Assembly: GCA_934277645.1 (NCBI GenBank)
Contig: CAKQUX010000006.1
Span: 11,576 to 75,575, forward strand
DNA length: 64,000 nucleotides
Direction: 5' to 3'
Source of the DNA: an uncultured Clostridia bacterium
Lineage (GTDB): Bacteria > Bacillota > Clostridia > Christensenellales > CAG-917
Part shown: in pieces, positions 42,975 through 51,166 of the stretch
Numbering within the stretch: the stretch's first letter is position 1
Layout of the letters: every line of letters begins with the position of its first letter
Program-made: the position numbers and the translations under genes
Notes under the pieces: model-generated
Databases searched by the model: none
Told to the model about the DNA's origin: nothing
What the model saw: only the letters and a program-made list of their open reading frames with translations

Positions 42975-44912
42975 ATGGAACTTATTTTGAAAGACGGAAG
43001 CAAGATTTCCGCACAAGACAACATCAGCGCAATCGAAGCTGTTAAACTTATCAGCGAGGGATTGGCAAGAAACACGTTAGTTATCAAAGTCAACGACAAG
43101 TTCGTTCCGTTTGACGAAAAACTTAGCGGCGAGTGCAAAATCGAGGCGTTCACCTTTGCCGACGAAATCGGTCGTGAAGCCTATCGTCACACTTGTTCGC
43201 ACATTTTGGCGCAAGCCGTCAGAACGGTTTTCCCGACTGCGTTGTTTGCAATCGGACCTGCAATCGCAAACGGTTTTTACTATGATTTTGAGTTTAAGAC
43301 TCCTATTTCTCAAGAAGACTTTGCAAAAATAGAAGCCGAAATGACGAAAATCATCAAGGCGAATTTCCCTATCGTCAAAAGCACAAAGACGAGAGCGGAA
43401 GCGGAAAAGTTTTTAAGACAAATCAAGCAACCTTACAAGGTTGAACTTTTGGGCGATATTCCTGAGGGCGAAGAAATTTCGTTCTATACGCAAGGCGATT
43501 TTGCCGACCTTTGCAGCGGACCGCACCTTAACAGTACGGGCAGAATTAAGGCATTCAAACTTACTTCGCTCACCGGCGCATATTGGCGCGGAAACGAAAA
43601 GAACAAAATGCTTACCCGTATTTACGGCACGGCGTTTGACAAAAAGTCCGACCTTGACGACTATCTCGTAAAGCTCGAAGAAGCCAAAAACCGCGACCAC
43701 AACAAACTCGGTCGTGAACTCGGCATTTTTATGACGGACGAAAACGTAGGCAAGGGCTTGCCGCTTATTATGCCAAAAGGCGCAAGAATGATTCAAATTC
43801 TTCAACGCTTTGTCGAAGACGAAGAAGAACGCCGCGGCTATCTTTTGACAAAGACTCCGTCGATGACAAAGAACAATCTTTTCATCACAAGCGGACACTG
43901 GGATCACTATAAAGACAAAATGTTCTGGATGGGCGCAGAAGGCGAGGACGACGGCATATTGTGCCTTAGACCTATGACTTGTCCTTTCCAATTTACTATC
44001 TACAAAAACGGACTTAAAAGCTATCGTGATTTGCCTATCCGCTATGCAGAAACGGCGCAAGAATTCCGCAAGGAAGCGTCGGGCGAAATGCACGGACTTA
44101 TCCGCATAAGACAATTCACTTTGGCTGACGGACACATTGTTTGTACCCGTGACCAATTAAAAGACGAATTTGCAGGCGCGGTAGACCTTATCAAATATCT
44201 TGCGACTTGCTTAGGACTTGACGACAGCATTTCGTTCCGTTTCTCACGTTGGGACCCGAAAAATGCCGACAAGTATATCGGCACCGCGGAAGAGTGGGAA
44301 AAGACGGAAAGCACAATGAAGAAGATTTTGGACGACCTTAACATCGATTATAAGGAAGAGTGGGGCGAAGCCGCATTCTACGGTCCGAAACTCGACGTTC
44401 AAGGCACAAACGTTTACGGCAAGGAAGACACGCTCTTCACCGTTCAAATCGACTTTGCGTTGGCTGAGCGTTTCGATATGGTGTACGTCGACGAAAACGG
44501 CGAAAAAGTGCATCCGCTTATCATTCACCGTTCGTCAATCGGTTGCTACGAAAGAACGCTTGCTATGCTCATCGAAAAGTACGCAGGCGCATTCCCGCTT
44601 TGGTTTGCTCCTATTCAAGCGAGAGTTATGTCGCTTACCGACAGAACCATTGACAATGCAAAAGCCGTCGCCGACAAACTTCGCTACAACGGGTTCAGAG
44701 TCGAAGTAGATACAAGAAGCGAAAAAATCGGCAAGAAGATAAGAGAGGCTCAACTTGAAAAAGTTCCTTATATGCTTATCATCGGCGACAAGGAAGCAGA
44801 GCAAGGCGTTGTTGCGGTTCGTTATCGTTCGGAAGGCGACCTCGGAACTATGACGCTTGACGACCTTATGGCAAGAATGAGCGAAGAAGTCAGAACAAAA
44901 AAGAACAACTGA
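42975..44912 (+). CDS. thrS: threonine--tRNA ligase
   Basis: 645 aa, GGAGGG RBS. N-terminal TGS-like domain, editing-domain HTCSHILAQA, class II core (RGFTQDDAH-like region QFTLADGHIVC), C-terminal anticodon-binding domain. Confidence 0.96.
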   Translation: MELILKDGSKISAQDNISAIEAVKLISEGLARNTLVIKVNDKFVPFDEKLSGECKIEAFTFADEIGREAYRHTCSHILAQAVRTVFPTALFAIGPAIANGFYYDFEFKTPISQEDFAKIEAEMTKIIKANFPIVKSTKTRAEAEKFLRQIKQPYKVELLGDIPEGEEISFYTQGDFADLCSGPHLNSTGRIKAFKLTSLTGAYWRGNEKNKMLTRIYGTAFDKKSDLDDYLVKLEEAKNRDHNKLGRELGIFMTDENVGKGLPLIMPKGARMIQILQRFVEDEEERRGYLLTKTPSMTKNNLFITSGHWDHYKDKMFWMGAEGEDDGILCLRPMTCPFQFTIYKNGLKSYRDLPIRYAETAQEFRKEASGEMHGLIRIRQFTLADGHIVCTRDQLKDEFAGAVDLIKYLATCLGLDDSISFRFSRWDPKNADKYIGTAEEWEKTESTMKKILDDLNIDYKEEWGEAAFYGPKLDVQGTNVYGKEDTLFTVQIDFALAERFDMVYVDENGEKVHPLIIHRSSIGCYERTLAMLIEKYAGAFPLWFAPIQARVMSLTDRTIDNAKAVADKLRYNGFRVEVDTRSEKIGKKIREAQLEKVPYMLIIGDKEAEQGVVAVRYRSEGDLGTMTLDDLMARMSEEVRTKKNN

Positions 44913-45141
44913 TTTTAAAGGAACAACCGATTTTAACGCAAAACCGATATTTCATAGATAAAGCGGCAAACGACAATCGACTTGCAGAAAAATCGATATG
45001 CCAAAAAACGTAGCACGGCTAAACGCTATGCTAAAAAGTGTAAAATAAACCGTTAAAAACGTGTGAAAACGTTGAAATATCAAACAAAACACGTTAAACA
45101 TAGCAAACAAAATCGGTAAAACGTGTAAACAAAAAACAAAA

Positions 45142-45166
45142 GGCATCGCTTGGCGACGCCTTTTTA
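45142..45166. terminator. bidirectional terminator shared by thrS (+) and the zinc-ribbon gene (-)
   Basis: GGCATCGC 45142-45149 / GCGACGCC 45153-45160 (one mismatch), A-run upstream and T-run downstream. Confidence 0.8.
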
Positions 45167-45324
45167 CGTTTTATTTCATATTACATTTTTATTACGCTTT
45201 TTGCGGTGGCATTATTGATTTTAAGTTTATTGCCGCAAATCGATTGCATTGTTAAGTTAGATTTAATTTTGCCGTTAAATTTAATCGATTAGCGATTTAT
45301 CGTATATTGCCGCCGATAGCCGCT

Positions 45325-46209
45325 TTAAAGATTGTTGACTTTTTTATAAAGTTTGTTTTTTTGAAGTCTTTCAAATGCCGCTCTTTGTTCGGCGTTTCGC
45401 CTTTCAATGTTTCGCTTGCACTCATTCACTTCGCGTTTGGCGGCGTTTACGACTTTGCCGACAGGGTAGGCTTGTCCAAAGCCTAAACCTATGCTCGATA
45501 TTGCAAAACATATCGTCAAAAGGTACAAAAAGTTTGAATTGAGTACGGCAGCCAAAATCGGCGAGATGATTGCAATCAAAGCCAAAATCGACGCTCCGAC
45601 AATGCCGCCTGCATATTTTTTCTTTTCTTCCATCAAAGAAAAACGATGATTTGAAATAATTCTTGCGTCTTCGGTATTTTGGGCTTCGTTTATTACGGTG
45701 TTCTTTTTATATACGATAAATTCGACGGCGTCCGCTAAATAATCGTTTACTTCGACGCTCAGAGTTTGCGCTTCCGAACTTTTTATGAGCGAAAGACTTT
45801 TTGCAATTCTTTTAAGCGGTTCGAGAAGTTTGTTCGCCTGTACGGGGTCGTTTTCGCGGTCGATTTGTTTAGGAAGCGTTGCTTTAATACACTGATAGCC
45901 TACGTTGTAGCCGCGTACGTCGTACGGGTCTTTGTCAATCGCCAATTTGCTTTGGGTGAAAGCGTTTTCATAATCCTGCACGGACAAATATTTTTCGGCG
46001 CTGCTAATATAGTCGTCGGCGTCGCTTTGCAAATTGCCGTTTACGATTTTCACGACGTTTGTTGTGTAGTTGTTCGTGTTGTTTATTGTTTGATTGATTT
46101 GTTCGTTGACCACTTCCGTTCCGCAAAAAGAACAGAATCTTTTTTTCTGATTTTCGTCAAATTCCAAGTTTGCTCCGCATTGCGGACAAACCATTGCGAC
46201 AAGTGGCAT
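45325..46209 (-). CDS. zinc-ribbon membrane protein of unknown function
   Basis: 294 aa, AAAGGAGAA RBS. N-terminal CPQCGANL...CSFCGTEV zinc ribbon, a helical (TPR-like) middle, two predicted TM helices (GGIVGASILALIAIISPILAAV, LYLLTICFAISSIGLGFG) and a basic coiled C-terminus. Confidence 0.8.
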   Translation of the reverse strand: MPLVAMVCPQCGANLEFDENQKKRFCSFCGTEVVNEQINQTINNTNNYTTNVVKIVNGNLQSDADDYISSAEKYLSVQDYENAFTQSKLAIDKDPYDVRGYNVGYQCIKATLPKQIDRENDPVQANKLLEPLKRIAKSLSLIKSSEAQTLSVEVNDYLADAVEFIVYKKNTVINEAQNTEDARIISNHRFSLMEEKKKYAGGIVGASILALIAIISPILAAVLNSNFLYLLTICFAISSIGLGFGQAYPVGKVVNAAKREVNECKRNIERRNAEQRAAFERLQKNKLYKKVNNL

Positions 46210-46259
46210 ATATCGGTTCTCCTTTTTTGTAAATTTTCTTTACTTATTTGTATGACAAA

Positions 46260-46288
46260 ATAATATCTCAAAATGAGATATTTGTCAA
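46260..46288 (-). promoter_or_regulatory. promoter+operator of the zinc-ribbon gene, near-identical to 34399-34427
   Basis: Read on the minus strand: TTGACA (46288-46283), 17-nt spacer, TATTAT (46265-46260). Palindrome TATCTCA-TTT-TGAGATA at 46264-46280. ATATTGACAAATATCTCA is identical to the module 1 site. Confidence 0.75.
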
Positions 46289-46412
46289 TATAATTTCACA
46301 ATTGAATTACGCTTGTCCGCCTTTTTAATTCGCTTCGCCTTAAAACGATAAGTATAAATTAAAAACGAAGCGACTTTGAAGATGTAGAAAAGTTTAGATA
46401 AGGATAGGGCAC

Positions 46413-46437
46413 AAAAAAACACAGCCATAAGCTGTGT
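46413..46437 (-). terminator. intrinsic terminator of dinB
   Basis: CACAGC 46420-46425 / GCTGTG 46431-46436. The plus-strand A7 at 46413-46419 gives a T7 tail on the minus strand. Confidence 0.8.
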
Positions 46438-46584
46438 AAATCATCGATGACGATTGCTTTAAAATTTATTGGTTGGAATGTAGGCGGAAAGTAGCAAATT
46501 GCTAAATTGCTGAAAACGGCGAAATGCTAAACAACCATTGCTTTCGGGTGGTAATTTACGCATTAAATTTTGCTATATTTTAAG

Positions 46585-47808
46585 CTATCTTTTAAACGGC
46601 AAAAAGTCGTCGTCTTCGTGAAGGTCGCCGAGAATTTCGTTGTCAATCAGAATTCCGCGTTTAACGGAATCGTAGCCGTATTTGTTGCGTATGCCGTCGA
46701 TAGTTTTTTCGAGATTTAATTGTTTATCTTCGTTTTCGGAGAAGAACGAAAGCTGATATTTGCTTGCGTCGTCGAGTTTTATTGCCCCGACGGTAATCGC
46801 TCTTAACGGCGCTTTGAAATCGTGCATTTCTTTAAGCATTGCGATTGCGTTTTCGCCGATGGTTTTTGCCGACGCCGTGGCGTCTATAAGTCCTTTTTGT
46901 TTGCCGTTCCATTTAAGGTCCAATCCTTTAAGACCGAGTGAAATTCCGCCGGCAACAAGATTGTAGCGGCGAAGTCTTACGGCAACCATTTCGCTCAATG
47001 CGTATATGACCGTTTTTGCCTCTTCCAAAGTTTTTATGTCCTTAGGGGTAGTCGTGCCGTGACTGACGGATTTTGGAACAAAGGTATCGTAATAGAGCTT
47101 TACTTCTTCGTCGCTTATTCCTTGCGCAGCGTTTATCATTTTATCGCCGACAATTCCGAAATGTTGCTTCAATGCTTTGCGGTCGGCTCTTGCCAAGTCG
47201 CCTATGGTTTTAATGTTAAGGTCGTCGAGCTTTTTGGCGGTCTTTTTGCCTATCATAATAAGTTCGGCAGGCGACATATCATAAATTCTGTCCTTAAAAT
47301 TGTCGCGATTCAAAACGGTCACCGCATCGGGTTTTTTTAAGTCTGAACCGAGTTTTGCAAGCGTTTTGGTGAAAGATACCCCGACGGAGATGGTGAGTCC
47401 CGTTTCGCGTTTTACTCGTTCTTTAATGTCGTATGCGATTTTTTCTCCGCTTCCTAACAGCGGTATGGATTCCGTCACGTCAAGCCAACATTCGTCAATG
47501 CCGAATCTTTCGACGCGGTCGGTGTAGTTTGTGTAAATGTCAAAAACGATTTTGCTGTAATAGACGTACTTGTCGAAGTGCGGTCTTAAAAACACTACGT
47601 CGGGGCATTTTTGTTTCGATTGCCAGATAGGCTCGCCCGTCTGTACGCCTGCGGCTTTCGCAATTTGATTTTTTGCCAAAACAATCCCGTGTCTTAATTC
47701 GGGATTTCCGCAAACAACAATCGGCAAACCGCTAAGTTCGGGGTGAGCGAGCGCTTCGACCGATGCGTAAAAATTGTTTAAGTCGCAATGAAGTATCGTT
47801 TTGTCCAT
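46585..47808 (-). CDS. dinB: Y-family DNA polymerase IV
   Basis: 407 aa. MDKTILHCDLNNFYASVE, GIDECWLDVT and the little-finger region. TATAAT lies 6 nt before the ATG, with no RBS. Confidence 0.93.
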   Translation of the reverse strand: MDKTILHCDLNNFYASVEALAHPELSGLPIVVCGNPELRHGIVLAKNQIAKAAGVQTGEPIWQSKQKCPDVVFLRPHFDKYVYYSKIVFDIYTNYTDRVERFGIDECWLDVTESIPLLGSGEKIAYDIKERVKRETGLTISVGVSFTKTLAKLGSDLKKPDAVTVLNRDNFKDRIYDMSPAELIMIGKKTAKKLDDLNIKTIGDLARADRKALKQHFGIVGDKMINAAQGISDEEVKLYYDTFVPKSVSHGTTTPKDIKTLEEAKTVIYALSEMVAVRLRRYNLVAGGISLGLKGLDLKWNGKQKGLIDATASAKTIGENAIAMLKEMHDFKAPLRAITVGAIKLDDASKYQLSFFSENEDKQLNLEKTIDGIRNKYGYDSVKRGILIDNEILGDLHEDDDFLPFKR

Positions 47809-47828
47809 ACACTTATTATAGCAAAAAA

Positions 47829-47847
47829 TCTATTGCAAAACAATAGA
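47829..47847. promoter_or_regulatory. palindrome covering both -35 boxes of the divergent dinB and galE promoters
   Basis: TCTATTG-CAAAA-CAATAGA at 47829-47847. galE promoter: TTGCAA 47833-47838, 17 nt, TATACT 47856-47861. dinB promoter (minus): TTGTTT 47843-47838, 17 nt, TATAAT 47820-47815. Confidence 0.6.
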
Positions 47848-47899
47848 CATTGTTGTATACTTTATATAATATCAATAAAATTTTTACGGAGATAAAATC

Positions 47900-48886
47900 G
47901 TGATTTTAGTTACCGGCGGAGCAGGATACATCGGCAGTCACACTGTCAGAGAATTACGCAGTCGCGGATATGACGTAGTCGTTTACGATAACCTTTCGAC
48001 TGGACATATCGAATCGATCGGCGACGCGCTTTTCGTCAAGGGCGATTTGTTTGACGTCGAATTGTTGAAAGATACGTTCAAAAAATACGGCGTAGATTCG
48101 GTCATCCATTTTGCGGCGTATTCGCTTGTCGGCGAGTCGATGATAAATCCGCTTAAATATTACAAGAACAACGTTTCGGGAACGCTTTGCCTATTAGAGG
48201 CTATGACTGCGTGCGACGTTAAGTATCTCGTGTTTTCGTCAAGTGCGGCGACCTACGGAGATACTGGCGAAGATATTATAACCGAAAATTCGCCGCAAAA
48301 CCCTACAAGCGTTTACGGAATGACGAAACTTATGATGGAACGACTTATGGCGGACTTTGACCGCGCTTACGGGATGAAGTACGTTGCGCTGCGTTATTTC
48401 AATGCGGCAGGCGCACACGCTGACGGAGATATCGGCGAAGACCACAATCCGGAAAGTCATCTTATTCCGATAATAATGCAAGTCTTAAACGGAAAACGTG
48501 AAAAACTCGGCATTTTCGGCGACGATTATCCGACTTTTGACGGCACTTGCATAAGAGACTATATTCACATATCCGACCTTGCCGACGCTCATATCAAAGC
48601 GCTCGAAAGCCTTAGAGCGGGGGCAAATTCAAATTTCTATAATCTCGGAAACGGCAACGGCTTTTCCGTGAAACAAGTTATCGAGACCGTGTCTAAGGTT
48701 ACGGGACGAAACGTCAATTACGAAGTTGTTCCGCGCAGAGCAGGCGACCCTGCGATATTGGTAGCTTCGAGCGACAAAATCAGAAGAGAACTTGGCTGGA
48801 AACCTCAGTTTGACAGCCTTGAAAAAATAGTAGCTTCGGCTTGGAAGTGGCACAGCGCTCACCCCGACGGCTACAAAACCAAATAA
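47900..48886 (+). CDS. galE: UDP-glucose 4-epimerase
   Basis: 328 aa, GTG start after GGAGA. TGGAGYIGSH Rossmann motif, SSSAATYG, catalytic YGMTK. Confidence 0.93.
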   Translation: MILVTGGAGYIGSHTVRELRSRGYDVVVYDNLSTGHIESIGDALFVKGDLFDVELLKDTFKKYGVDSVIHFAAYSLVGESMINPLKYYKNNVSGTLCLLEAMTACDVKYLVFSSSAATYGDTGEDIITENSPQNPTSVYGMTKLMMERLMADFDRAYGMKYVALRYFNAAGAHADGDIGEDHNPESHLIPIIMQVLNGKREKLGIFGDDYPTFDGTCIRDYIHISDLADAHIKALESLRAGANSNFYNLGNGNGFSVKQVIETVSKVTGRNVNYEVVPRRAGDPAILVASSDKIRRELGWKPQFDSLEKIVASAWKWHSAHPDGYKTK

Positions 48887-48897
48887 TGGGAGAGATT

Positions 48898-49806
48898 ATG
48901 ATTTCTGAGACAAAAAAGAGCAATATTAAACCGGTCAGAAAAGCGGTTATACCTGCGGCGGGTTACGGAACGAGATTCCTGCCTGCAACGAAAGCGATTC
49001 CGAAAGAGATGCTTCCGATTGTCGACACTCCGTCGCTTCAATACGTCGTTAAAGAAGCTGTCGAAAGCGGCATTACCGATATTTTGATTATCACGACAAG
49101 AGGAAAAGAGGCAATCGAAAATCATTTCGATAAGTCTTTTGAACTCGAAACAAATCTTAAAAACGCGGGCAAAGACGATTATCTCAAACTTTGTCAGGAT
49201 ATAAGTTCGATGGCGAATATCGAATACGTTCGCCAAAAAGAAATGAAAGGAAGCGGCTGGGCAGTTCACTATGCCAAAAACTTTGTGGGCGACGAACCGT
49301 TTGTCGTTTTGTTCGGCGACGACGTCATCTATACGACAAAGGAACAACAACCTGTTTCCAAACAGCTTATCGACGCTTACAACGTCACGGGAACGTCAAT
49401 TCTCGGCGTTCAGACCATCGAAGGCGAAGAAATCAGAAAATACGGCGTCGTCGTTCCGGACGGCAAGACCGAAGGCAGATTTACAAAACTTAAATCGCTT
49501 ATCGAAAAACCGCAAGGCGAGATTCCGTCGCACCTTACGAGTCTCGGAAGATTTTTGCTTACGCCGGATATTTTTGAAATTTTGGAGCGTACGCCTCCTG
49601 CGCCGAACGGCGAAGTTTATCTTACCGACGCTATCGGCACGCAAGCGAAAGAAAGCGGCGTATACGCTTATGAATTTGCAGGCAGAAGATACGATATAGG
49701 CGACAAGCAAGGATTTTTGGAAGCGTGCGTCGAATACGCATTGCGTGACGAAAGGCTTGCGGGTGGCTTTAAGGCATATCTTAAAGATATAACGAAAAAC
49801 CTTTAA
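48898..49806 (+). CDS. galU: UTP--glucose-1-phosphate uridylyltransferase
   Basis: Start moved to ATG 48898 (GGGAGAG RBS). KAVIPAAGYGTRFLPATKAIPKEMLPIVD signature. Confidence 0.93.
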   Translation: MISETKKSNIKPVRKAVIPAAGYGTRFLPATKAIPKEMLPIVDTPSLQYVVKEAVESGITDILIITTRGKEAIENHFDKSFELETNLKNAGKDDYLKLCQDISSMANIEYVRQKEMKGSGWAVHYAKNFVGDEPFVVLFGDDVIYTTKEQQPVSKQLIDAYNVTGTSILGVQTIEGEEIRKYGVVVPDGKTEGRFTKLKSLIEKPQGEIPSHLTSLGRFLLTPDIFEILERTPPAPNGEVYLTDAIGTQAKESGVYAYEFAGRRYDIGDKQGFLEACVEYALRDERLAGGFKAYLKDITKNL

Positions 49807-49834
49807 TTGAAGCCCTTCGGGGCTTTTGAATTTT

Positions 49835-50170
49835 ATGATACTGTGTGATTATTGCAAAAAGAGAGAAGGCGTCCTGCCTTACAGTAAAACTTCGAGCGGT
49901 CAATGCGTCGTTTTGCATCTTTGTCCCGAATGTTACAAAAAGATGAACAGCTTGGGACTTGACCCTTTTGAAGTCGTAAAAGAGTTGATTGAACGTGACG
50001 GCACGGAATGTAATTCGTGCGGTTTTTCCGTTGACGATTTTAAAGATACCTTTTATCTCGGATGCGCCGATTGCTATAAGGATATGTCCGACGCCGTTTT
50101 GGGTGCGATAAGCAGAGTTCAACCTGCCGTTCGCCACGTCGGGAAGCGTCCTACGGGGGGCAGGGGATGA
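49835..50170 (+). CDS. mcsA: McsA-like protein-arginine kinase activator (short form)
   Basis: Start at ATG 49835: MILCDYCKKREG...LCPECYKK...CNSCGFS...CADCYKD, i.e. two CxxC pairs twice. Directly precedes mcsB with a 4-nt overlap. Confidence 0.8.
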   Translation: MILCDYCKKREGVLPYSKTSSGQCVVLHLCPECYKKMNSLGLDPFEVVKELIERDGTECNSCGFSVDDFKDTFYLGCADCYKDMSDAVLGAISRVQPAVRHVGKRPTGGRG

Positions 50171-51165
50171 GCATTTTCGACACGGTTATTTCATCGAGAA
50201 TAAGACTTGCAAGAAATATCAGAGGTTTAAGTTTTCCGCAGAATTACAAGCCTTTCGAAGCGGACAAGATTTACGAATTTACTTTTAAGGCAGGTTCGGC
50301 AATTAAGACGGTTGAAAACTGTGAAACTATCGTTATGTCGTCGCTCAGCGAAATAGACAGACAGTCGCTTGTCGAAATGCATCTCGTAAGTCCTAACTTG
50401 CTTAAAAACAAATACGGCAGCGTCGTGTTGTCGGCAGACAAAAACATAAGCGTTATGCTCAGCGAAGAAGACCACATAAGAGAGCAATGCATCACTGACG
50501 GTTTGAACCTCGACTTGGCTTATAAACGACTTGACAGAGTAGACGACGCACTTATAAACGCACTCGATATTGCGTTTGACGACAGGCTCGGCTTTTTGAC
50601 GGCGTGTCCGACAAACGTAGGAACAGGAATGAGAGCGTCCGTTATGATGTTTTTGCCGGCTTTAAAAATGACGCATTTACTTGACGACGTGTTGGTTAAG
50701 GTTGCGCGTTCGGGCGGATATACGTTCAGGGGTGCATACGGCGAGGGTAGCGACGCCGAGGGCAACGTCTATCAGCTTTCAAATTCGTATACGTTGGGAC
50801 TCAGCGAAAAGGACATATTGGACGGAGTAACGAAAACGGCAATTCAGCTTGCAGAGTGTGAAGATAAAGCGAGAAGGAAACTGCTTGCGGAAATGACTAT
50901 TCCGCTTAAAGATAAGATATGTCGAAGCTGGGGACTTATATCGAATGCGTATATAATGTCTTCAAGCGAACTTATGAGCCTTCTTTCCGACGTAAAACTC
51001 GGAATAATTTTGGGAATATTACCAAGTTACGACATAAAAAAACTTGACCGCCTTGCCGTTCTTTCGGGGGCGGCTATGCTGTGTCAGGGCGTCGGCGAAC
51101 TTTCGCCCGAACAAAGAGATATCAGAAGAGCGGCTTTTGTAAAGAATGCGATAAACGGAGATTAG
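50167..51165 (+). CDS. mcsB: protein arginine kinase McsB
   Basis: 332 aa. Phosphagen-kinase-like core with LTACPTNVGTGMRASVMMFLPAL. Confidence 0.92.
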   Translation: MSIFDTVISSRIRLARNIRGLSFPQNYKPFEADKIYEFTFKAGSAIKTVENCETIVMSSLSEIDRQSLVEMHLVSPNLLKNKYGSVVLSADKNISVMLSEEDHIREQCITDGLNLDLAYKRLDRVDDALINALDIAFDDRLGFLTACPTNVGTGMRASVMMFLPALKMTHLLDDVLVKVARSGGYTFRGAYGEGSDAEGNVYQLSNSYTLGLSEKDILDGVTKTAIQLAECEDKARRKLLAEMTIPLKDKICRSWGLISNAYIMSSSELMSLLSDVKLGIILGILPSYDIKKLDRLAVLSGAAMLCQGVGELSPEQRDIRRAAFVKNAINGD

Positions 51166-51166
51166 T

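Noticed and set aside
33018-42975. Genomic island integrated at tRNA-Lys
   Set aside because: The accessory-looking content begins right after the tRNA pair. However, I found no integrase, no duplicated tRNA 3' end and no clear att repeat. This remains only a possibility.
43413-44156. 247-aa minus-strand ORF and other ORFs overlapping thrS
   Set aside because: They are antisense to thrS and show no motifs or RBS.
45766-46263. 165-aa plus-strand ORF
   Set aside because: It is antisense to the zinc-ribbon gene, which has the RBS and the promoter/operator.
49700-49835. CtsR operator (tandem GGTCAAA heptads) upstream of mcsA
   Set aside because: No such repeat was found by eye in this interval. 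Only isolated GGTCAA words occur elsewhere, inside coding regions.
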